64,000 nt of DNA from Tubulanus polymorphus (taxonomy: Eukaryota > Animalia > Nemertea), in contig NC_134035.1 of assembly GCF_964204645.1 (NCBI RefSeq), forward strand, positions 3,100,001 through 3,164,000, written 5' to 3'. Below, one piece after another: positions 25,949 to 37,690 of the stretch. Within the stretch, counting starts at the first letter, position 1. Each line of letters starts with the position of its first letter. The position numbers and the translations under genes are program-made. Below the pieces are notes generated by a model. It was not told the origin of the DNA. It made no database searches and was given only the letters and a program-made list of their open reading frames with translations.

Positions 25949-26485
25949 CTTTACTGTATTCCGGATCCAGAAAGGTATTCTGTTCAGGGCACCTTTCTTT
26001 GGCCACTGGCCAATTAACAGACACCCGTGTGGCATCATTAAGGCTCCGAACACTAAGGTGTTGGAGAATATATGTAATCAGGTGATGAAGATGCCGCACG
26101 TGTGACTGATTCTTAGGACAGGGTTTTCGTACGATCTTCATCTCACCAAGTGACTTATAAAACTGTGGACACTATACAAGCGTTCCAGAACTATATCGGG
26201 CATATAAGGCTGTTGGGACCGTTTAAATTATCATTTTTCAGCCAAGATTCAAAAGGAACAGCCATTTCGGACTGTTTGCTAGGCTCTTCTTCGTTAGATT
26301 ACAACATCTAACATCATTATCCAGAGGAACGTATGGAAAGGAAGACGGTCAACCGGATGGTTCCTGGATTCCTATCATACCATTATGCACCATATAGATT
26401 AATGAACATTAAACGGGCCTCGATTATTGCTCGATTATATGCAGTGACTGCTAATGTACATGAATAAAAAGATGTTAATTAATAA

Positions 26486-26517
26486 AACTTGAACTTGAAC
26501 TTGAACTTGAACTTGAA
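26486..26517. repeat. (AACTTG)n microsatellite
   Basis: About five tandem AACTTG units. Confidence 0.85.
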
Positions 26518-26680
26518 TTAACATAAGAATGGTTCAAAAAGTGTTGTCAAAACAAACATGGAACTCCCGACACATTCTCGCCGAGATAGCAGTAAATGAC
26601 GAGGTCAAATACGACGAGTAATTCACATGTAATAATCTACCTTCAAATACGAACACCATACATTAACTTGACACATAGGT

Positions 26681-28295
26681 ATGGGTTTGTACGATCGTGT
26701 GATGAACTCGCGGTTTGTGCTGCACACACTGTTAGGGATCGGAGTCGGGGTGCTGATATACAAGTCGAGGAAGGACAGAGCGAGAAGGAATGCCATTCAA
26801 CAAAAACTCAACTCAATATCTCCTGGTATGTGTCTTATATCTATCGTATTCAAGCTTAGTCGCATTAACTGAGTATTTTATCGAACTGTTTGCAGGTTTA
26901 AGTTATAGACAATGCGACGTAATGGAAAGCTCGCTGGACGTCGCTCACCGAGTCGGTGGTCTAATCGACACCAATGTCCTGTTTATCGAATCAGATCGAG
27001 AAATCGGTAAAGAATTGGTGCAGAAATCCGTCGATTTGTTGTGGGATCGTTACATCATGTTGAGGTTAAAAGTCCTAGAGGTGGACACTGGCGCGCGGAT
27101 ACTGCCACGATTTCTGGTAGAAATGGAGCGATCGCCTGTGAAATGTCGAGTCGAATTACGAGACGGTAATGACTGGAAACAGGTGTTTGAGTCGGAGATT
27201 CTACGACCGCTTGACTGCGACGACGGTCCACTGTGGAGAGTGTGCATGCTGAATGTGGACGAGTTCAAGTACGCGTTTGTGTTCACGTTCCATCACGTGA
27301 TCGTAGATGGCGCTTCGATCATGCAGATTTTAACCGAATTCCAACGAAACATAGATGAGTTATTGCGAAAAACTGAACCTCAGGTGCCAGACGACTGCAG
27401 CGATCACAGCCAAGTCATAACACCTAACCTGTCCGAAATGTTGAAGGACGACCCACGTTATGCGTGGTCTATTTCAGACATTGCCCTATTTCGATTTAGC
27501 AAAGCAATGTCCACTCCTGACACCGGTTTTGCCGGCGAACTGAGCCGCACACTTGGACCGAAAGGGTCAATCGAATATAAAACCAGTATCGAAGAGTTTG
27601 AACTTTCCGAAGTAGAATCTTTAACGTTGAGGAAGAAGTGTAAAGAAATGAAATGTACAGTTCATGGCGCTTGTACAGCGGCCGCTGCTTTGGCCTTGAG
27701 GAAATTAGCGCAATTAAACGCTATAGAAGATAAATATCTTACAACATTTCCAACCAGTTTAAACGTCAGTATGAGGAGATATGTGAATGCTGCTATGAGC
27801 GGTCTTTTGGGTGATTTTGTTTCAGTCTTTGCTCTGCCACTTCTGTTAGTGAAGCCCGGCAGCCGAACTCCAGTCGAATTCTGGGAGCTAGCTCGCGAGT
27901 CTACCGAACAGGTTCATCTAAGACTGAACGACGGATTACAGTTTGTCTTCATGAAAATGGCAAAGCTTAAGCGTTATTTCGGATCCGATGGTGCATCTCG
28001 TGAAACGTGGTCCGGCGGCGGTGACCGCCCTCGTTATAACATTTTCAACATATCCAATCGTGGACTGTTCAAGACTGTCCCTGGTGAGCGTGTTACGCGG
28101 ATAACTGGGATATACTGTGCAACTGCTGTTCACGGCAATAGCAACATGGCGAGATTTTCCCATAACGTCGTCTCTTTAGACGATAAGATGTACTGGTCGG
28201 TGAATACTTACCTGAACGTCACGCGTCGAGAATCGGCGAGACAATACGCCGATCTGATCAAATCGATTTTAATCGAAAATATATCTGTTGAATGA
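26681..28295 (+). CDS. Membrane-anchored HHxxxDG acyltransferase, paralog 3, 514 aa
   Basis: Exons 26681-26825 and 26896-28295 (70-nt intron). Active-site motif FHHVIVDG. Confidence 0.9.
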
Positions 28296-29320
28296 GCTTT
28301 GTGTGTGCGCCGTGAATGTCGAAAATGACGGGACAAAACCACGACCAGCGGAATTCTGCAAAATGACAAACCGAATATTATATCGATCTCCCTTCGTTCA
28401 CAGTATTCGGCTAAGACCAGTAAGACATCTGAATACCTTTATCGTTATATGGTTTTATTCGTTGAAAGAAATGTAAATTTGTGTAGTTCCGAAAATAGTT
28501 GTAGTTTAATGAAAGTAATAAAGCGTGCAGAAATTGAATTTGAAATTTTATTTGACCATAGAAATGCTGAAAACCGTAAAATTGTAGTAACAACGCCGTG
28601 GGTTGTCTCACAACCGTTTCGTGCAAAACTAGACAAAATAAATGATAAAATCATTTCTTGCAAACAAGCTTACGATGCCTTTGAAGAGCCTTCACGCGCT
28701 CCTTGGCCAACTCTCACTAACACTAACACTCCGTACATCCTTCCATCAAGGATATCGCGTAGGCTTACTGTTACGTAGATGAACTACATTTGCTACATCG
28801 AAATTGATATAATACACGAACGAAACCATTTTTATTGAAACCTGCTTTTTCATCGATTATACCCACTTGCTGCTATGTACTACACCATCTTCTCTCATTT
28901 GATTGGGCGTCCACTTAATTAAAGGTTTACACGGCAAGACCTCCTGTTAACGATGCCCTTCATTCCCCTCATGACGCACCGTTGCTGCCCTGATTTTCAA
29001 ATGGTTATTCCAAGATAAAACGCGTTACGCCTTAATCGACGTTTTTAGTATGAATGATATCCGCCTCGGTATTGGATCAGCGATCAAACGCGGAATCATA
29101 TCTCATTCTAAAATCACTTCTCATTACGATACAAGCAGTAGCTCAGGACTCGGTTTAGTCATCAGCAGCACATGGTCATCGGATTGATCTTCGTCACATT
29201 TAGGTGTTATAGTTTACTTGATATTCTGGATTAGATTTACTGGTTTTCGACGCTAAGTATTAAAAAAAACATACATATAACGGTATTCTTAGCTAACTAC
29301 TCCAGGGGAATTGTACAGCA

Positions 29321-30907
29321 ATGGATGGTAAGTGTTTTTAAAATAGAATTTATGATAGACCCGCATTCCATCGGCATTCCGATTTTATCACGTTTTTACA
29401 ATGAAAATGTACACAGAAACGATGAGTACTCGGTACCATAGAATTCATTTCCAGCTAAAGATGAAACATCTTCCGCGGTAGCGGATGACGCGCCAACAAA
29501 AAGTGATGACGTGGCACTGTCGACAGCAAACGCCCTACAGCCGACAGCGCCCTACGACCAGACGCCAGCGGACGACTTTCTGTCGGTGCTACGACCTCCA
29601 GCCGCCGTCGCGCCAGTAGCTGGTGAAAAACCACCACCACAGCAGCCACAGCAGCAGCCGATCTTCGCTAGGACGAACATCAGTTTCCCGATGTCGAGAC
29701 CTGTAGCAGAAGCGGCACAGCCACCGTCGTATTTCGAAGCCGTAAACGCCGTAGAACCGGGTCGACCGTCGATGACGCCGCATCGCGGGGCTGAATTCGC
29801 GTCCTGGTTGAACGCGGAATGTCCCGGCGACACGCGAGTGAATCCCGACACGAATCGACTAGTAGACGTAAGGAGAATAGATCGTCGTAACTCAGAAATA
29901 CTTGTAAAATGCGTTATAAATTCGAGCTGATAAGCGTGTATCATATCTCATGCATAAAATAAACATTGTTGGCGTAATTGAAGTAATAAAGAGTCATCTA
30001 CAACATCCGTGTTCGTAACAGAAAAATACAAACGTTTTACTATAAGCTCTATTAACATTATTTAGGCCAGACATTCATTTCATGTTACTAACATTGGAAT
30101 TATTTCCCCATTTCAGAACGACTTTGAGAAACCACCCTCGTACGGATGGCTGGCCGGGGTGACGGCTTTATTTTGTTTTTTCGCCGCTATCGCAGCGTGG
30201 CATTATTCGTCGCAGGTATGGTATAGTACAGGTTGGACGATAGTTCAAACTAAATCAAAGAACTAAGATGTTTATAGCCATTAGCGCGGACATGAAAGGA
30301 ACTGTCGGTAAAAAAGAGAGTTGATAATCAGCGCAATGGAACCTTTCCTAATAATGTAAAATTTTCCCATTTATGTCAAATGCGACGACGACTCGAAAGC
30401 GGTTTAGGCGGTCTACGTCCGAATCGACCGAGTGTTGGTCTACTCCCGAGCAATCATTTCAATGATGATTGCTCGTAGCTAACTCAATGCATACAAATGC
30501 ATACAAATTATGTATCAGAAATCTGAAAGTATGCGACGTTTTGAACTGTCTCTATAGCGGACGCATCGTCAGATGTGAGAGAGTCCTTGTATTCTGATAT
30601 TAACTTTTGATTGATAAATTTCATTTCTAATCTTTTAAATTTGTATATAGTTGGTTTCGATCTTTCAATCACTTCTCCACGTCTGAGAGTGTAGGGGGTG
30701 GGGGTGGGGGCTATTCTTCTACTGTACCGCTGATAAACTTCTATATTCATACTTCAGGTTGGGCCCCTGTGGTCTCAGGGACGATACGAAGAAGCTCGCC
30801 GATATTCGAACAAAACCAAGACGATAGCACTAATCGGAATATTCATTGGCTGTGTGATAATCACTGTATTGGGCGTCTACTACGGAATACTGTTCAATGG
30901 GTTTTAG
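29321..30907 (+). CDS. CD225/dispanin family (PRRT1/IFITM-like) proline-rich transmembrane protein, about 222 aa
   Basis: Exons 29321-29327, 29455-29867, 30117-30215, 30758-30907 in phase. Pro/Gln-rich N-terminus, then PPSYGWLAGVTALFCFFAAIAAWHYSSQV...GRYEEARRYSNKTKTIALIGIFIG, the CD225 pattern. Confidence 0.85.
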
Positions 30908-31764
30908 CCTGAAACTCGAACGCTGGGTAGCGTGTCGTCCATTATTCATTCGATATTATTCACTGGATAATCGTCAATTTCTCATGTCAGTAATCGGAGA
31001 CAGCTGGACGTCAGACAATGAATGATAAAGATGTTCGTCGATCCAGTGAACCTGATCAATTGAGTTCCTGACATTTCTGGATTTCCCGTAATTGGAAATT
31101 ATTTCTCTGTGAAATAATTTCCGAATTTTTCTTAAAATATATACACATCATATATTGAAAAAATGGATTTTGCTAGAAATTAGTGTCAGTCAATTCTGAG
31201 CGAATCGGGCGAGAGAGTGGAACAACCACTGACTAAACTCGGACGCTTCCAGGAATACCCGCCATAGCCTAACAACTTGTACGATGAAAGCCAATCGAAG
31301 ATGATCGAAAATGCTGGTCATTGCAACGATTCTTTTCAAATATTTCTTACTAAAACATGCAAATTACATTTCAGAGACTCAAATATTGTTAATTTGCATT
31401 ACAATAAATTCCTTCACCCATCGCTGCGATGAAATTTCAAGTATTTAACTCAAGATTATTTCTTTGGGATGATGTTTTACGACACGCGAACAATAAAAAT
31501 GTCCTTAATTCGTATGTTTCAGTATTCGATTATCCTTATTCATAAACACTGTGTATTTGCGTGAACCTTTATATTAAATACCTGATAATCTACAGGCGAA
31601 CGATCAATTTATTTACGACTTATTTGACACAAATTTGTACTCGACATATTTTCTCCAATCGTTTTGCTTTACCGAACCACACTAGATGGCGTATGGGCTG
31701 TACATCTCCCTATTGAACACTTTTTTCTATCTCCCATCTGCATCTTTGGAAATGATGCTTGATC

Positions 31765-31865
31765 TTAGAATAGAGATTGACCGAATAGATTTCGTTTGAT
31801 TTGTTTTTCGATTTGGTGCCCCTTACAAGCCCACCCCACACCTGCCGGGAGCGGAAACGGACGAA
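31765..31865. repeat. Interspersed repeat (three copies in the window)
   Basis: AATAGAGATTGA..TTTCGTTTGATTT..GGTGYCCCTTACAA..GCCGGGAGCG also occurs at about 34890-35000 and, reversed, at about 52080-52200. Confidence 0.65.
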
Positions 31866-33017
31866 ATGATGTTATTAACACGATTCTGATCTGTGACATC
31901 TACACCGGTACGATTCGCAACTTTGAGTGTCGATCCGTTTAACGTTGCTTGGACAGCTAGCCCCCCCCTCCCCCTGCACGTAATGCATTATAAAGTATAT
32001 GTATACATAGATAGAGACTAGGGAAACCTATTTAATTCTACAAAAAGGTAATCATTACGAAAATTGTATATAAACTGTATTGTATATATTTGCACTGATG
32101 ATAACCTAGGTTGCGTTACCCAAAATCAAATGCACTTGGCCAATAATCTTTGTACGACCCCTCAATGCTTCAACTTAGTCAGGGCAAAAAATAATTTCAC
32201 TCTTATCGTTTCTTATCTTATTCATTATTGGAGCGGTCGTAAGATTTCCCGAAATAGTTGGCATACCTCTCTTACAAGGGATCGTCCATTAATGTACGCA
32301 GGCCTGATGGACGACCCCTCAATACAGCGATCCGCTCGATAGTGGAGCGACCAATATTCGCATCAAGGTAATCATTTTTTTATCGTAAAGACCTGAATTC
32401 AAACGATGGGATCAAGTCTAGGTATAATGTTCGTCGCTTTTTTCGTCGAACAAGACAGCTCGAATTCGACAGGAAATTCTATGCTGCCTGTACATAGTCT
32501 TTGTTTCGAAGAACTTGAATCCGTGTCATTTGCATATTTTCAAAAGGTCTATAATCGAGAAAACTGGATCAATGTTTGTAGGCGTTATTGCCCCAGACGG
32601 CGATAGGATATCTAAAAAAGCACGTCGAACATTCGATTCTCCAATCATGAATTCAAGCGCGCGCAGAAAATAAACGAAGAATCTAAATTATACAATGGTA
32701 CAAAGTGGCTTTTGAAGAAAATCATGACCGGGCCCCGTACGAGAACTAGCCGAATGACTATATACACAGGAGGCCCCTAGATTACACAGGGCGCTTATCA
32801 AGAAACTGAAATAAATGGAACACACAGGAATCAACACCCTTCCTACAAAAGTGGTCAAAAGGGGGAAAATATCTAAAGGGGATCGGCCCAAATTAGAATG
32901 CTTCCGGATTAAAGAGGCTTAAATTGATGCACGCCATCTTGAATATATAATACATCACGTGAATTATGAATCTTAACTACAAAAAACAAAACATAAATAA
33001 AAAACAATAAATACCTG

Positions 33018-33252
33018 GGGCCGGTTGCTCAAAAGTTGGTGAAAGATAACCGACGGATAAATACTATAGTAACAATGTACTTTTGATTGTCACATTTTCC
33101 AACTATCCACTGGTTAACTCTAACCAACTTTTGAACAACTGGCCCCAGGGCCTCGTTTCACAGTTCTGAGTTAAATTTGAAAACATTGAGAACATTGAAA
33201 ATGAACTGATTTTAACTCAGAGTACTCTAACTCACAACTGTGGAACCGGGCC
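33018..33252. mobile_element. Two different GGCC-ended MITEs abutting at a CAG trinucleotide
   Basis: 33018-33145 (GGGCCGGTTGCTCAAAAG...CTTTTGAACAACTGGCCC), then CAG, then 33149-33252 (GGCCTCGTTTCACAGTT...AACTGTGGAACCGGGCC), then CAG. Confidence 0.75.
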
Positions 33253-33409
33253 CAGAGCTCTACATCGCTGCTAAACTGTACAAAAGCAGAATCGATTTCA
33301 AAATTCAAAATTCAATCATTCAACAACCGGTTCAGAGTTAAGGATATAGGAAAAACGTTAGGAAATCAGAAAAAAATAATCAGAAGTCCTAAAAGGCTAT
33401 AAGATTACA

Positions 33410-33445
33410 CATAGAACTCAAATCAAATTTGATTTGAGTTCTATG
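33410..33445. repeat. Perfect 36-bp palindrome flanked by the 7-bp direct repeat GATTACA
   Basis: CATAGAACTCAAATCAAA|TTTGATTTGAGTTCTATG; GATTACA at 33403-33409 and 33446-33452. Confidence 0.85.
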
Positions 33446-36400
33446 GATTACAGTATTGTATGTGTCCAATGATTTACCGAACTAAGGCGCTTACAATTTT
33501 CCTTTTTTCAAACAACTTTTTATTTCGATTGAAAAATATGTTTTTTTTTTCGTAAAATGGCTTAACAAAAAAGGGGTTCGCGTGTAAGTATCTTGTTTTT
33601 AGGTTTTTAGGTTTTTACGCAATGAACCGCTCGAGAAATATTGACACAATCCGCAGGCCCTAGATATTCCATGTAATAGCGTGCGCTGGTGAAAATGGAA
33701 AATCCACGATTAAGTTATTTACGCGTACATTCATTTCATTCATCGTGACGACAATAAGAAAGAATGTGTATTCGTCGCGGATAAAGGACACGTCAGTAAC
33801 ACATATTTACGCGTGTGGTACTTCGAGATTTATGGCTGCAGAATACTGCAGTTTCGACGACCAGGGACCCGATTCGATTGAAAGGCGTCTTTATCGAGAT
33901 CTACTAAAAAAAGCAAAGCCAATATACGTAGATCTGAAGATCTATATTTTTCGAACTAAATCCCTCGTTGACGAATCTTTAAGTTTATGCGGGATTTTCC
34001 GCTAATGCCGATCGTCCAATCAAAACGTTTCTTACCGTCAAAACAACGCGCTATGAATAAAACCGAGAAAACCCAAACGCGTCCTTTATCTCAAGGTATA
34101 ACATTTAGCGATCTATAAAATGATAGTCGTATTTCGCGACACTTGAAATAGTCGAAGGGTTTCTCGTATTGTTCGCACGAATGTCGGCACACCTGGTCGT
34201 AACATTTCCGATGCCAAACGCGAAACAATAACAGGTACTGCTGCTGATGCAAGGGCGAATGTATCAAGAGGTAAGCCCGACGGAAGAGCTTACTTCCGGC
34301 ATTAAAGTAATTAACAAAGATGGATGACTTCGAACTCGCTTCAAAATGTCGATCAGATTTCTAAACTAATCATGAAAATGATAATAAATCGGTTTTTTTT
34401 CATACAGCGCTAAATATCATAACGACAGATAAAGATTATTCAACGCTGTAGATAGTCTGAAATAGAATATTCCCTCGAGCTAAAACATCGCAGTTGTAAG
34501 TTTCATTAGAAATAATATGTTTTAAGTATCTTCTTAAAGATTTGAAACGACTTACTCCGAATATTCGGGATATGTTTTGGTAGTAAGTTCCATAGTGTTG
34601 ATTGGCTACCAATAAGAACCGTTGGCTACCATCGAGAACCGTTTTAAGTGTTGATACTGGTATATAAAACTAACCCGTGTAGTTACTTACATTACACATA
34701 CACCAAGTAGTTTTTCAGACGAAAGACTTTTTTCACAAAATGCGAAAAAACTGCGAAAAGCGCTGGTCAAGTGGACCATTAGTTCTATTGGTATATTCTG
34801 ACTTGCTAGTACGCCTGCCCCGGGTTTGAGCACCGGTGAGCGCTAGTACAATTCTTCAGTGGTAGAATTTTCATTTTTTTAAATCTTAAAATAGAGATTG
34901 AACCTGTTATTTATTTCATTGGTAAATTTCGTTTGATTTTTTTTTGAGTTGGTGTCCCTTACAAACTCATCACATTTGCCGGGAGCGAAACAGGAGGTTT
35001 GATTTTGAAATCGAGATGCCGATACCGATAGATGTCCATATTATATTTAATGTTGCAAGCCAAACTAAAACCTTCAAGTTCTCTTATCGGTGTATATGGT
35101 ATTTATCCACAAAACGATCTGTGCGTATTTTTTTTCTAAATCAAAATACGTGACATACTTCAGAGCTCCACGTAGGATCGCAGTGTGAACAAGTTATATA
35201 GAATCAATAAATCAGTCTAGATTTAGTCTTTTGTTTGTTAAAAAAATTTTTATTTCAATGTCAAAAGGAGGGCACAAATAGATTTTACATAACTGCAAAA
35301 CTAGAGATTCACGCGGTTAGAATGTTGCAGAAATCCATCAAACCAAACGGTGAAATATTATGAAATGCGCATCAGAAATAGTCTTAAAAAAATAGAAAAA
35401 AACGACGGCAAAATGGCGGCTATTGTGACTGTAAAATGCCGTCCAAAAAACGTGCCGCATATTCATGCTATTATTCATTTATTTCATCGCTTTGTATTTG
35501 CTATTCTTATAATAGAACCTAAAGCACTGTTTATGTCATAAAATGTCGAAATATTTCGTCGCGTGTTCAACCGATTGAGACTTTATAATCCAATCCAATG
35601 GCGGATCCATTGGGGGATTCCCACTTTCCTGACCACGTGACCTATTGAAAATCCACGCATCTTATCTACTTTACTGACCTTGGCATATAATGTGCATTAA
35701 AATTGATAAAGATTTACCTAGATTTATCAAAATATTCAAGACACCTATGGCTACGACTATTGAGTGCCCTTTTCATATAAGGCAAACCCCCTTTCTTCCA
35801 GCCTGGATCCAACCCTGTTGTCTGTCTACCTTGAATTCTATAGTCAAAATATCAAAAGCCAGTCGGAAATAAGTTCATCATAAACACGGGGGGCCAAACC
35901 GAGAAAAATCGATCGTTTTCGGCGTTTGCCGCGTTTCTAAGGAAGTGGCTAGTTTTTTTTAAATTCCACTCGAGATAAACACGTTTCGATTGGGCATTTT
36001 TGTTCGCTCGTAAAAATGCACGTGTTCGTCGATACTCGACCGACGCGATCTCTTGTGCGAAGTGCCCGTATAATATTTGACAATGCGGGCAGCGTATCGG
36101 GACACGCGCGCGTCGCCGGCATCGCCACCAACACCGCCGCTACGACGACCAGGGCTCGAACGCGCCATCGAAATACCGGGACTTGTCAACTTCCAGGAAA
36201 CAAGCATACCGCGATGCTTTGCGTGCGTGTACAATAGGCCGAAATAACGCGCGTATAGATAAAGACTCGACATCTAAACGATATCATCATATTGAGTGGT
36301 GGTATATTGTCACCACCGCGGTCACGTTTAAAAGAAATTGAGAAACCTGGAAAAATGTTTGCCCGGACGAACATTTTAAGATGTATACATGCACCAGACA

Positions 36401-37573
36401 ATGGACGCGTTTGTTTCAGGGCAGGTGTGACTCTCAAGCGCGCCGGGCCTGCACCGAATGATTTACAATCTTAACGACCGTTTGTCACAGAGTCTAAGAT
36501 TTTTTCGATGATGTCATCACTAAAAGTTTATCGTCATCATCACCTGCCATACTCTTGTTTGATCTCGTATATGTAAACATGTTTGCGTGATAGAGGCGAC
36601 TGCGGTCTTGTTTTCGTGTATTTCGGCGGCGGCGCGCCCGACATTTATTCGACATCGACGTCTCAATGAGCTGTGAGAAAATGTATTTTTACGTTTGTTG
36701 TCTGGGGATGAGGTGAATTTTTGAATCTCAGAAACCGGGTATTAGTTGCGTGAGAACCTTCACAGTGTCTGTTGAGTACCGGTCGAGACACCACGTGCGC
36801 AGAGCCATCATTCGAATTCACTTTTGATAACATGCACTTCCTTGAACCAACTACATGTACTTATACCTAGAATCATGGAAATGATATAACCTCAGTCCTT
36901 GCAAAAATAAAACCAGACTCAAATTGGATATAAAATGAATAAAGTAATTCACTTGTTTCCCGAAAACAGTTACTTTAATCCGATTTAGAATTTAAACTCC
37001 GTCAAACCGTGTAAAAGTGGCGTGAATTCCACGGCTTTGCACCCTCCGGAAGGAGTAGGTTGTGACGAAGACTAGGGGTGCTCCGGTAGAAGGGGGACCG
37101 AGAACACTCTGCCACAATGGCATTTCCAGCGTAAAAAGACGATTCATTGATCTATATCATCGGACACGCAAAGCAAGCCGGGGCTTTGATTTAAGACACC
37201 CGGGTTTGCTTTTAGTATAAGAATGGCTTAACGAATAGGAATACCTTTACATAGGCGTGATGATAATATGTTCAGTATAGGTGTTTGCCTTAACTCGCTA
37301 TAGCGAATGATCGTATCAAACTTTGCGTGAGTAGATGGACGAATATAAGCTAGATTATACGTTCATAGAACTGGTCTCTTCGTTTTAGAGTGCATTTTCA
37401 GAAAATGAGGGGTGAACTATCTATGTAACGTTGACACGAATTTCCGAGAGATTTGTTTTCTTCCGACGAGGCGCCCGATGTTAAGAAGTCGTTTTATCCA
37501 GCGTAAACTAAAACCACTCAATCTCTTATTATCAAAATCTCGTAATATTTGCAGATATTTTTTTTGAAACACG

Positions 37574-37690
37574 ATGAAAGCTGAATCGCAATCACCGAAA
37601 ATCTCACGAGAGGCCGAAACCGATTTGGTCGACGACTCGGAGGATCTGAACGACGAACGTTGTTGCACAGAAGATAATCCTAAATCTATC
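37574..37690 (+). CDS. Candidate alternative first coding exon of the ETS gene
   Basis: Acceptor TTTGCAG at 37554, ATG at 37574, 39 codons (MKAESQSPKISREAETDLVDDSEDLNDERCCTEDNPKSI), then a GTAAGT donor in phase 0, compatible with the exon at 40097. Confidence 0.55.

Noticed and set aside
21965-27286. Repeated 78-aa antisense ORFs (21965-22201, 24598-24834, 27050-27286)
   Set aside because: Shadows of the duplicated acyltransferase coding strand.
34759-34846. tRNA-like fold (GCGCT...CCGGGTTTGAGCACCGGTGAGCGC), and a box A/B-like stretch at about 51650-51700 on the minus strand
   Set aside because: No proper cloverleaf, anticodon arm or TTC loop; at most decayed SINE heads.
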